Positions 43,742-52,947 of a stretch of DNA of 64,000 bases are shown here, in pieces. Under the pieces are notes generated by a model that saw nothing but the letters and a program-made list of their open reading frames with translations, was not told the DNA's origin and ran no database searches. Each line of letters begins with the position of its first letter. Within the stretch, counting starts at the first letter, position 1. Made by a program: the position numbers and the translations under genes. Source of the DNA: an uncultured Pseudomonadota bacterium (lineage in GTDB: Bacteria; Pseudomonadota; Alphaproteobacteria; JACZXZ01); NCBI GenBank assembly GCA_963749075.1, contig CAVVLJ010000020.1:640001-704000 (forward strand), read 5' to 3'.

Positions 43742-44521
43742 ATGTCCGAGCTCGTCCTCGTCCAGCGCCAGGCCGACATCGCGACCGTCGTCCTCAACCG
43801 CCCCGAGAAGCTCAACGCGCTCAACAAGGCGCTGTGGCAGGGCGTGGGCGAGGCGATGGCGGCGCTCGAGGGCGACGACGGCGTGCGCGCCATCGTGCTG
43901 CGCGGCGCCGGCGACAAGGCCTTCGCTCCGGGTGCCGACATTGCCGAGTTCGCGAGCGAGCGCTCGAACGTCGAGGAGGCGCGCCGCTACGGCGCCGTCA
44001 TGCACGAGACCATGGGCCGCATCGCCAACTGCCGGCACCCGACGATCGCGCTGATCAAGGGCGTCTGCGTGGGCGGCGGCCTCGAGCTCGCCATCATGTG
44101 CGACCTCCGGATCTGCGGCCAATCGAGCCGCTTCGGCGTGCCGATCAACCGCCTCGGCGTGATCATGGCCTATCCCGAGATCACGGCGCTCATCGACCTC
44201 GTGGGGCGCGCGACGACGCTCGAGATCCTGCTCGAGGGCCGCGTCTTCGGCGCCGAGGAGGCTAAGGAGAAGGGCCTCGTCACGCGCGTCGCCCCCGACG
44301 ACAAGGTGGAGGAGGAGGCCTACGCCAGCGCCAGGCGCATCGCCGACGGCGCCCCGCTCTCGAACCGCTACCACAAGAAGTTCGCGCGCCGCCTCCTCGA
44401 CCCGCGGCCGCTCTCGCCCGAGGAGTTCGCCGAGGGCTTCGCGACGGCGGGCAGCGAGGACTACCAGGAGGGCATCCGCGCCTTCATCGCCAAGCGCAAG
44501 CCCGCGTTCCGCGGCGTCTGA
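43742..44521 (+). CDS. Enoyl-CoA hydratase/isomerase-family protein
   Basis: LNRPEKLNAL, AFAPGADI, GVCVGGGLELA..CDLRI, EG..AF..KRKP.F. Confidence 0.93.
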   Translation: MSELVLVQRQADIATVVLNRPEKLNALNKALWQGVGEAMAALEGDDGVRAIVLRGAGDKAFAPGADIAEFASERSNVEEARRYGAVMHETMGRIANCRHPTIALIKGVCVGGGLELAIMCDLRICGQSSRFGVPINRLGVIMAYPEITALIDLVGRATTLEILLEGRVFGAEEAKEKGLVTRVAPDDKVEEEAYASARRIADGAPLSNRYHKKFARRLLDPRPLSPEEFAEGFATAGSEDYQEGIRAFIAKRKPAFRGV

Positions 44522-44545
44522 GACCCGCCTCCGGCGCCGGCACCT

Positions 44546-45049
44546 TCAGGGGATGACCCCGCAGGCCTGCCGCTCGCCCCCGCGGCTCTTTGCGACGACG
44601 AGCGCGCGGCCCTTGATCTCGGCGAGCTTGAGGTTGGGGATGGTCGCGGTGGTGCGCGCGATGCCGTCGTTGCCGACCGCGAGCGCCACCGGCTCGACGG
44701 CACCTCGCGCGGCCGCCCCGCCCTTGGAGGCGGCGGCGGGCGGCGGCACGAAGGTGCTGCCCGCCGCACCGCCCGCCACCTTGTTGCCGTCGAGCACGCC
44801 GGGAGCGCAATCGCCATGCTCGTAGATGCCGATGACGTGGCTGCCGGACGGCAGGCTCCTGAGCAGCGGGCTCAGCTTGAGGTCCTCTCCGCTGTCGGCG
44901 GCGAGAACGGTGCCGATGCCCGGGCCCAAGCCGTCTTGTGTCAGGAGGTTGATGCGGACGCGCGCCTCGTCGGCCGCGGCGGCGCTGCCGAGAAGGAGGG
45001 CGGCCGAGAGGGCAGCGGCCGGGACGAGTGCCGCCGTCAGCGCGCGCAT
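44546..45049 (-). CDS. Exported SodC (Cu/Zn superoxide dismutase)-fold protein lacking metal ligands
   Basis: Signal peptide; IGTV, LP.G.H, G.C.P...DG..VA..AAG, L..IKGRAL, R.ACGVI framework kept; Cu/Zn His/Asp positions replaced. Confidence 0.75.
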   Translation of the reverse strand: MRALTAALVPAAALSAALLLGSAAAADEARVRINLLTQDGLGPGIGTVLAADSGEDLKLSPLLRSLPSGSHVIGIYEHGDCAPGVLDGNKVAGGAAGSTFVPPPAAASKGGAAARGAVEPVALAVGNDGIARTTATIPNLKLAEIKGRALVVAKSRGGERQACGVIP

Positions 45050-45170
45050 GGCCGTTCCCCGCTCGCCTGCGCCTGCACCGGGTGCCGGCGGCGGCGATGG
45101 GATCGGTTGATTCTTTGCCCCCGGGCCGTCATAGTGTCGCGCAATTGCAAGGCAGGGGGACAATCGTAAC

Positions 45171-45756
45171 ATGCGGTGCCGTTGGCTGGGCGTGGCGGTC
45201 GCCGCGCTCCTTTCCGTGGGCGCGTTGCCCGGCTCGGCCCGAGCGGACGGGCTCACCTTCTTCGATCGCGGGCCGGTGCCCGCGCTGCTCGAATTCAGCA
45301 CCGGCGGCTTCGCGGTGCCCGACAACAACGGGCAGGACACCACGGTGCTCTTCCAGCTCGACGCCATTCCACGCTGGTCGATCGTCGATTTCTGGGGCTA
45401 TTTCATCGTCAACCCCTACATCGGCGGTTTCGTGACCGGCAAGGGCGCCGGCATGGGCTACGGCGGCATCCACGGCACGGTGCCCATCGGCTCGCATTTC
45501 GAGGCGGATCCCTACTTTGCGGTCGGCGGCTACAGCCGCGGCGGCGGCCGCGACATGGGGAGCAGCTCGCTCTTCCAGACCGGCTTGCAGCTGCTCTACG
45601 TGTTCGACAACGGATCGCGCGCCGGCTTCACCTTCAGCCACGAGTTCGAACGGCTCCCTGCTGCCTCGCGAGCGCACCGGCTGCGTCTGCAACCCTGGCG
45701 CCAACAACTTCCTTCTCACCGTCGCGGTGCCGCTCAAGAAGATGTTCGACTTCTAG
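45171..45756 (+). CDS. PagL-like lipid A 3-O-deacylase / acyloxyacyl hydrolase beta-barrel, 1-bp frameshift at about 45645
   Basis: Signal peptide; P..G.G.Y..G.G.D.GS..LF pattern; deleting one T restores FSHESNG...NPGANN.L..P (H-x-S-N and NPG motifs) with the stop at 45756. Confidence 0.75.
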
Positions 45757-45768
45757 CCGCCCGCCGCC

Positions 45769-46381
45769 TCAGCCTGCGAGATCGTCGGTCTTCTTGCGGA
45801 TCGCCGAGATGAGGGCGTCGACCCCCTTGTCGCGGATGACGGAGGTGTATTCCGAGCGCCGCGTGGCGAGCTGGGAGATCGAGCCGTCGAGAAAGACGTT
45901 CGATCACCTGGTAATTGCTGTCGCCGTCGGCGCGCAGAAGATAGTCGATGGGAACCTTGTCGCCGTCGGACTTGACGATCGCGGTATAGACGATGATGTC
46001 CTTGCGCGGCGTCTCCTTGATGCCGCTGGTGACGAACTTCTCGCCCTCGTAGCCGGGGAAGTTGTGCGCGTAGTTCGCGACGGTGAAGTTGCGGAAGGCG
46101 TCGACCAGCGCCGTGCGCTGAGCGGCCGTCATCGAGTCCCAGTAGGAGCCGACGCTCGTCTGCGCCATCAGCGCCACGTTGAAGGTCTTCTCCACCCACG
46201 GCTTGAGGAGCTCGTAGCGGCCCTTGTAGCCGAGCCTGGCGCCGTTCTGCATGGCGTTCATGAGCTGCGCGTAATAGCTCTCGATCACCTGCTTCGGTGC
46301 ATCGGGGGCGGCCGCGGCCGCGGCGGAGAGCGTGGCGGCCACGGCGAGGGCGGCCAGGAGAGCTTTCAGGCGCTGCAGCAT
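45769..46381 (-). CDS. hpnM: MlaC/Ttg2D-family lipid shuttle, hopanoid-associated HpnM, 1-bp frameshift at about 45899
   Basis: FN..LM....G..W, F..FTVANYA.NF..Y.GE.F, IDYLL; removing one base restores QVIDVFLDGSISQLATRRSEYTSVI..KG.DALI with the stop at 45769; divergent from hpnN. Confidence 0.82.
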
Positions 46382-46661
46382 CGGAATCCCAAGGTTGTTC
46401 GCAAGACGACGCCGCATCGTGCGGATGCCGCTCATTCCTCAAATTAAGGACTCGATGGCGCGGCGGCAATAGGGTCTCCTGCGCGGCGCGCTGCGTCAAG
46501 CCCGCTCAACCTGCGGCGGCAAGCGGCTTCCGCCGATTCGGCGCGTGCCGCATCCGGGCACCGACGTTCGCCATTTGTCCGCACGGCCGCGCGGCGCGGA
46601 ACTCGGCGCCGCGCGCGCCCGCGGCGCGTTCCGCAGCGCCTCGGCGGCGGCGCCCCGCGGC

Positions 46662-46702
46662 AATATTGGGCTTGTGGATCGCGGCGCGCGCCGTTATATC
46701 CA
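46662..46702 (+). repeat. Conserved upstream (promoter) block of hpnN copy 1
   Basis: AATATTGGGCTTGTGGATCGCGGCGCGCGCCGTTATATCCA; 36/41 identical to 54497-54537. Confidence 0.75.
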
Positions 46703-46770
46703 GTGGCTCGCGGGCAGGGCACGCTTGGCGTTCGCGCCGCATTCGGCCGCTCGGGTCCGATTCCTCCAAC

Positions 46771-49484
46771 ATGCGAGTCGCAACACCAGTGCACGCCGAA
46801 GTCCCGGAGCAGCGTCCCAGGCGAATGGCGATATTGCCCGGGCGGTGGTACCGCCTGAGGACGGCCATGGTCGCCATGGCGCTCTGCTGGTGGGTGGAGC
46901 GCGTGCGGCGTCTGGCCTGGCCGGTCGTCATCGGCTCCGTTTTGCTTGCGCTTGCGGGCGGCGTCTACACCGCCAGCCATCTCCGCATGAACACCGACAT
47001 CGACGCCCTGTTGTCCCCCGATCTGCCCTACCGCAAGATATTCAAGGCCTTCGAGGAGGATTTCCCGCAGATGCGCGGGAATCTCGTGGTCGTCGTCGAG
47101 AGCGACGGCGCCGAGCGCGCGGAGAGCGCGGCCAAGGCGCTCGCCGCCAAGTTCGCGGCCGACCACGCGCTCTTCGAGGACGTCTTCTATCCGATGGGCG
47201 ACCCCTTCTTCCACCGCGAGGGTCTGCTTTACCTCAAGTCCGACGAGCTGCAGCAGTTCGCCGACCGCATCGTCCAGGCCAAGCCGCTGCTCGTCACCTT
47301 CGCCTTGGACCGCAGCCTGCGCGGCTTCTTCGGCGCGCTCGGCGACGTGGCCGAGGGCGTCAAGCTCGGCAAGCTCGATCCGGCGCTGCTCGCGCACCCG
47401 CTCGGCGCGATCGCCCAGACGGTGGAGGGGCAGATCGACGGCAAGTCGGATCCCTTGAGCTGGCGCGATCTCGTGGCCGCGTCGCCCGGCAAAGCCTCGG
47501 ATCGGCGCCAGATCATTCAGCTCAAGCTCCACATCGACCCGCAGTCCTTGTCGCCGGCCGTGACCGCGATCAAGGCCGTGCGCGCCACAGCGGCGGAGCT
47601 GGGCCTCGATCCGGCGCACGGCGTGCGCGTGCGCATCACCGGCTCGCCGGCGCTCGACGAGGACGATCTCAAGACCGTGAGGGACGGCGTCGGGCTGGCG
47701 AGCGCGGTCTCGCTCGTGCTCGTCTCGATCATCGTGTTCCTCGGCCTGCGCTCGCCCCGGCTCGTCTTCGCGACCCTCGCAACGCTCGTGCTGAGCCTGG
47801 TGTGGACCGCCGCCTACGCGACGCTCGCGGTCGGCTACCTCAACATGATCTCGGTCGCCTTCGCCGTGCTCTTCATCGGCCTCGCGGTCGATTTCAGCAT
47901 CCAGTTCGGGCTGCGCTACAAGGAGAGCGTCGACCGCGGCTCGCCGACCCAGGCGGCGCTCAGGGAGGCGGCGGGCGGCACCGGCGTCGCCGTGACGCTT
48001 GCCGCGGTGTGCGCCGCGATCGGCTTCTTCGCTTTCGTGCCGACCGACTACATCGGCCTCTCGCAGCTCGGCATCATCGCGGGCGGCGGCATGTTCATCG
48101 GGCTCTTCGCCACCCTCACGCTGCTGCCGGCGATCCTCACGCTCCTGCCGGTGAAGCCGAGCCGGCGCGCGGTCGAGAACAGGAAGGGCTATGCCGCGGC
48201 GAGGCTGCTCGAGCGCCATGCCCGCGCGGCGTGCCTGGGGGCGCTCGCCGTGGGCCTCGTGGCGCTCACATCCTTCCCGTGGGTGCGCTTCGATATCGAT
48301 CCCATCAACCTCAAGAGCCCCGACAGCGAGTCCGTCCAGGTCTTTCGCGACATGACCAAGGATTCGCGCACCTCGCCCTACTCGATCAGCATCGTGACGC
48401 CCAATCTGGGGGCGGCCGATGCGCTGGCCAAGCGGCTCGACAAGCTGCCCGAGGTCGCCGGAACCGTAACCCTCAGCTCCTTCCTGCCCTCGGACGAGGA
48501 GGCCAAGCTGCCCGTCATCCGGCGCATGGCGGCTTCCGTGCTGCCCATCCTGCAGGCACCCGAGCGCCGCAGTCCGCCGAGCGGCGAGCGCCGCCGCGAC
48601 GCGACGGAGGAGGCGGGCACCATGCTCACCGGCTTGGCGAACCTGCCCAACGCCGGCGCCGCCGCGGCACCGGCGCGGCACTTGGCCGAGGTTCTCGCCC
48701 GCTTCAACGAGGGCCCGGGCAGAATCTCGATAGCTATGGCGGCCTCGAGAAGGCGCTCGTCGCGAGCCTGTCGGGCGAGCTCGACGGCATGGCCGGCCTG
48801 CTGCAGCCGGCGGCCGTGACGGCGGCGGAGCTGCCGGCCAACATCCGGGCGCGCTACGTGGCGGACTCCGGCCGCGCGCGCATCCAGGTGTTCCCCGCGG
48901 AGACGCTCAACAACGAGCGCGCGCTCAGCCGCTTCGTCACGGCGGTGCGCGCCGTGGCGCCCGATGCCACCGATTCGCCGGTCGAGCTCTACGAGGGCGG
49001 CCGGATGGTGGTCGGCGCCTTCGTCGAGGCGGGCGTGATCGCGCTCGTCGCCATCAGCCTGGTCCTCGTCCTCGTGCTGCGCAGCCTGCTCGATTCGCTC
49101 CTCGTGCTGCTGCCCTTGACGCTGGCCGCGGTGCTCACGGTGGCGGTCGTCGTGGTGACGGGGCATTCCTTCAATTTCGCGAATATCATAGCGCTTCCGC
49201 TGCTCTTCAGCTTAGGCGTCGCCTTCGGCATCTATTTCGTGATGCGCCACCGCGAGACCCCGGGACTGGTGGACCTCATGCACACCAGCACGCCCAGGGC
49301 CATTCTGTTCTCGGCGCTGACCACGATGGTGGCGTTCTCGAGCCTCATGCTGTCGAGCCACCGCGGCACGGCGAGCATGGGCTTTCTCCTCGGCGTCTGC
49401 TTGACCCTCGCACTCGTCTGCACGCTCACCGTTCTTCCAGCACTCCTCACCTGGCGCGCGCAGCGCCGCGGGGCGCGGCGCTAG
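46771..49484 (+). CDS. hpnN: Hopanoid RND/MMPL exporter HpnN, copy 1, 1-bp deletion at about 48722
   Basis: FFHREGLLYL, LNMISVAFAVLFIGLAVDFSIQF, DPINLK.P.SESV, FNFANIIALPLL; translation continues in the frame of track ORF 46545-49484 after about 48722. Confidence 0.88.
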
Positions 49485-49672
49485 CTTGGATTTCCACGGA
49501 ACACGGTTTGCCTAACGGCTCGCTTCATTCAATAAAATTGCCAGAGGCATTTTGTGCTGTGTGTGAACCTACGTTGGGCGACCATCGAAGACCGCCCCGG
49601 TCCGGTCTGCCAGCTCAAATCTCGAATGGAATGTCACCGTACCGCCGGCCGCGATCGGCGGTTTCGGCGCGG

Positions 49673-50608
49673 TTACCGGCTATTAGCAATGAGAGCTGGG
49701 AGTCGTCTGACGGCGACGCCGAAGGTTAGCAGATCGTAGCTGTTGCAGAAGCTCTCGAAGCGGAACTCCCAGACCTCACCATTCGCGTCCTGGAGCGGGT
49801 GGCTCGCATCGCCAGTCGGGCCCTTTGAGCGGAAGTCAACGTAGGAACGTACTATGCGGTAGATATCTGCTCCTAACAGATGCGGGAAAGCTCGTCGGAA
49901 TCCACGCGATCGGATGAAGTGTCGGCAGTTCCCTCCATCCGATGCTCCACCGATATGCGGATGGCGCGGATGACGGCTAATAAGCCCCACGACCGGGTGA
50001 TCTGGCTCGCGCTCCTCGATCATATGCCAGAGCGTGGTCGTGATTGTGTTGCCATAGCGCTTCTTGAGCTCATGAATTGCAGTCCAACTTAGCTCGCCAT
50101 CACGCGCCTCATTCGCGAATTTGTCCAAGAGGAACAGGAGCTGACCAGCGCCGTAATTCGCTTCGGCCTCGATGACCATGTGACATGCTGGGTCGAGTGT
50201 TAGCTCGTTGTCGCCCCGCAGGAAATCGCGGTGCCATGGCGTGATGTCATGCGTGATCTCATGGGCCTCGATATGCCGTTGCTTGGGTGTCGGCACATCA
50301 TCATCGATCAAAATCCGCCGGTCCTCTTTGAACAGGAGCGCCCGAAGCCCGGCCTTCTGTATCACCTCGATCATTCGGGTTGGTTTTCGAATCAGGCGTT
50401 TCCCACCGACCCTTAGTCGATGGGACACCTCGTCAAACAGTGATAGATCGGTCTTGCTGTAGTAGCCGAGATCCAGCTTCAGAAGCTCGCGAACTTCTCC
50501 GAGGAGCAATGGCGGTTCTGGCTGGCCGAGATCGCGCAAGATGCGTGCAATTTGCCGCCGAATGTCCTCAGCTGAATATTCGTCGATTTCCGGATCCTCA
50601 ATCGGCAT
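49673..50608 (-). CDS. ImmA/IrrE-family zinc metallopeptidase (CapP-like)
   Basis: AHEITH (HExxH), IEAEANYGAGQLL third-ligand helix, HTH-like linker and extra C-terminal domain. Confidence 0.88.
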   Translation of the reverse strand: MPIEDPEIDEYSAEDIRRQIARILRDLGQPEPPLLLGEVRELLKLDLGYYSKTDLSLFDEVSHRLRVGGKRLIRKPTRMIEVIQKAGLRALLFKEDRRILIDDDVPTPKQRHIEAHEITHDITPWHRDFLRGDNELTLDPACHMVIEAEANYGAGQLLFLLDKFANEARDGELSWTAIHELKKRYGNTITTTLWHMIEEREPDHPVVGLISRHPRHPHIGGASDGGNCRHFIRSRGFRRAFPHLLGADIYRIVRSYVDFRSKGPTGDASHPLQDANGEVWEFRFESFCNSYDLLTFGVAVRRLPALIANSR

Positions 50609-51143
50609 TCTTCTTCCAATGCTCCTTGTATTCGCTAAGCAACTTGATGAATTCGTTCAGGCGTTTCCGCTCATCTCGGCTTAGCTTCGATAAGTCGTCC
50701 GAGCTGGCAGCAAACCGGACCGCCGCCTTCTCAAGATTTTGGTCACGCTCGGCAGCTGCTGGTGAGAGAACGAGAAGTGCCCGTGGCGGCAATTTGAAAT
50801 GAACGGCGAGCTGGTAAATCGTCCGCGGTCTCGGGACGATACTGCCGTCTTGCTCGAGCGCGCGTAGTTCTCCTTCGGGTACGCGGACGACCGCAGCAAG
50901 TTGCGCGATATTCAGATTGTCTCGCCGACGCAACTGCCGAAGCAAAATGCCGAGCAGCACTGCCGGCTGCGCGCTGCTAGCTGGCGCTTTCGCTCTAGGG
51001 CTAGGCGGGGTGCGCGGGGTCTTTTCGGAAACAAAGGCCTGTAGGACTTCAGCCTTTGTGATAGGTAGACCGGCGTCGGTATCCAGGTCGGCGTCACGCT
51101 CGATCCGGCTCCGCAGCCATTTGTTTGTGATTCTCATGATCAT
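50598..51143 (-). CDS. XRE-family HTH regulator (CapH/DdrO-like)
   Basis: LG.LLRQLRRR.NL.IAQLAA..V...EL..LE..P.PRTIYQLA..F HTH; C-terminal VRFAASS..L..LS.DE tail; overlaps the peptidase start; GAGGAA RBS before 51143. Confidence 0.85.
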   Translation of the reverse strand: MIMRITNKWLRSRIERDADLDTDAGLPITKAEVLQAFVSEKTPRTPPSPRAKAPASSAQPAVLLGILLRQLRRRDNLNIAQLAAVVRVPEGELRALEQDGSIVPRPRTIYQLAVHFKLPPRALLVLSPAAAERDQNLEKAAVRFAASSDDLSKLSRDERKRLNEFIKLLSEYKEHWKKNAD

Positions 51144-51153
51144 GTCGTGTTCC

Positions 51154-51787
51154 TCAGCTTTCCGGCGTTTCCAGAAAGGTCGCGGCCTGGTTTGACGAAA
51201 GCTCGAAGTAGCATAATCCATAGCATTGCTGGTCGGAGCCGAAGTCGGTCAACTCCATAACGTCGCGGTAGAATCCCTCCGCGTTCGGCAGGGCATGGAG
51301 ACCGATGCGGCCCTCCAAGCCCTCGTCGAGGCTGAGGTTTACGGCCGCGGCGAAGAGTAGCTGACCTACGCCCTTGTATTTCGGATCGGTAACGAACCGT
51401 GGTCGATTCCAAGGCGCCGTTGCCAGCCGGTCTATGTAGACGCAGGTCCGCGCGCGGGTGGTCAGAGTGACGACTGAATTTTCCACCTTTGCGGACCAGC
51501 ATGAGCCCTTGCGTAAGATCAGCGCACTCGACGCTGTACATCTGAAACAGGAGCGGATTCCGGTAGATTTCGGCCAACCGCCGCCAATCCCAGTGCGCAT
51601 CTTCAGCATTCGCTGCCACGCGCTCAACGGCCGAGGCATTGGCTGGCAATCTGGCTGCGAAAGCGGGTTGCCAGTCACGCTCAAAATCGAGGAGATTCTT
51701 TGCGTCGATCCCATCGAAGAGCATGGCCTCCTCGTACCGCCGGGTTTGACGGTTTAGCAGGTCAAAGGCGCCAAGCCGCGTCTTCAT
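51154..51787 (-). CDS. GNAT-family acetyltransferase (candidate toxin), 1-bp frameshift at about 51442
   Basis: Joining track ORFs 51140-51787 and 51154-51714 gives ..HWDW..TQGLM..LVYIDRLATAPWNR..KYKGVG..GRIGLHALPNAEGFY (acetyl-CoA motif A and B). Confidence 0.8.
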
Positions 51788-51996
51788 AGGACCATCAGCT
51801 CAGCTTTTTCTTTGCTCTTGGGGTCCTCGATGAAAACCTTGTCGCCACGCTCTAAACGCTCGTCAACCGACTGATAGAGACGCAACGCCTGACGCAGCAA
51901 CACGGTCTTCGATAGACCCTTGCGAATGCAGAGGGCCTCCAGTGCGTTCATCTCGGCATCGCTCAGATTGAGCGTCATGGTCCGCTTTTCGGTCAC
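51784..51996 (-). CDS. Ribbon-helix-helix (CopG-like) protein, candidate antitoxin/repressor
   Basis: KRTMTLNLSD.E...LE.L....GLSKT.LLRQALRLY; GGAGGAG RBS before GTG 51996; 4-bp overlap with the GNAT start. Confidence 0.85.
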   Translation of the reverse strand: MTEKRTMTLNLSDAEMNALEALCIRKGLSKTVLLRQALRLYQSVDERLERGDKVFIEDPKSKEKAELMVL

Positions 51997-52020
51997 GGGG
52001 CTTCTCCTCCAGGCCAACGA

Positions 52021-52095
52021 TATATAGGCGTCGGCATGGATTTTGTCAACATAATTTAGCCGTTGACTAGCTAAAAAATAGCTGTATTTTAGCTA
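52021..52095. promoter_or_regulatory. Divergent promoter pair with an 11-bp-phased TAGC operator array
   Basis: TTGACA on minus (52044-52049) and TTGACT on plus (52063-52068); TAGC at 52057, 52068, 52079, 52090; inverted TAGCTAAAA/TTTTAGCTA at 52068-52095. Confidence 0.7.
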
Positions 52096-52161
52096 TCTAG
52101 CAGTGACCTGCGCCGCTCGGACCATCCGTGCCGGCCGCACACCCTACAGAGGAACAGGCAA

Positions 52162-52947
52162 ATGGAACCGCAGAATCAACCAAACCCAGAGCAAGTTGAT
52201 ACGGACGTACAGAAAGCGGCGGCGGACGTGAAGCAGGCCGTAGCGGAACTCGAGCGAGCCGAGCACGATCTGGAGCGGGCGGAATCCGAACTCCAGGAAG
52301 CCGAGGCGCATCATCACGCAATTCACTTCACCGTCGACGGCGAACCTTGCGAGACGGAGAAACGCGAGATGACGCCGAACGAGATCATTCGAGAGTTCGG
52401 CAACGGTCAAGACGCAACAACCCACTATCTCATTCAGCTCAAAGGGCACGAGAAGATCAGTTACCAGGGCAAAGGCAACGAGCCGGTCAAGCTGCACGAC
52501 GGCATGCAGTTCCAGATCGTCTCGCTAGGGCCGACGCCGGTCTCGGACGGCCCGATTGTGCGGGGGGTTCCGGCCTTCGTCGAGGGCTTGCGCGGACTCG
52601 GCTACGCGTCCGTCGCACTGCCGGGCAAGCCGGACCATGTTGTGATCGACTACTCGGTGCCGGTCGGCCGTTTCGCCGGCCAGCAGATGCGCCTGGGATT
52701 CATCGTGCCGCCCGACTTCCCCGAGATCCCCCCGAGCGGCCCACACGTCTCGCCGCACATCCACCCGATCAAGACCGATGGTGGCCACCCGAACGGTGCG
52801 GTGCACCGATCGCACTCAGAGCCCTTTGAGCGCGGGCTAGGGGGCCTTTGGCAGTATTGGTCGCGCCCTTTGAAGGACTGGGTGAAGGGCAAGAAGACCG
52901 TCGCCGCCTACATGAGCCACATCTGGCGCTTGTGGGCCACGCAATGA
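52162..52947 (+). CDS. Coiled-coil + ubiquitin-like (multi-ubiquitin type) + prokaryotic E2-like fusion protein
   Basis: Heptad-rich N-terminus; IHFTVDGE..E.TPNEII..Y.L....V.L.DGM.F..GPTPVS beta-grasp pattern; then Y.VP.G.F.G, VPPDFP..PPSGPH, WQYWSRP E2-like motifs. Confidence 0.75.
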   Translation: MEPQNQPNPEQVDTDVQKAAADVKQAVAELERAEHDLERAESELQEAEAHHHAIHFTVDGEPCETEKREMTPNEIIREFGNGQDATTHYLIQLKGHEKISYQGKGNEPVKLHDGMQFQIVSLGPTPVSDGPIVRGVPAFVEGLRGLGYASVALPGKPDHVVIDYSVPVGRFAGQQMRLGFIVPPDFPEIPPSGPHVSPHIHPIKTDGGHPNGAVHRSHSEPFERGLGGLWQYWSRPLKDWVKGKKTVAAYMSHIWRLWATQ

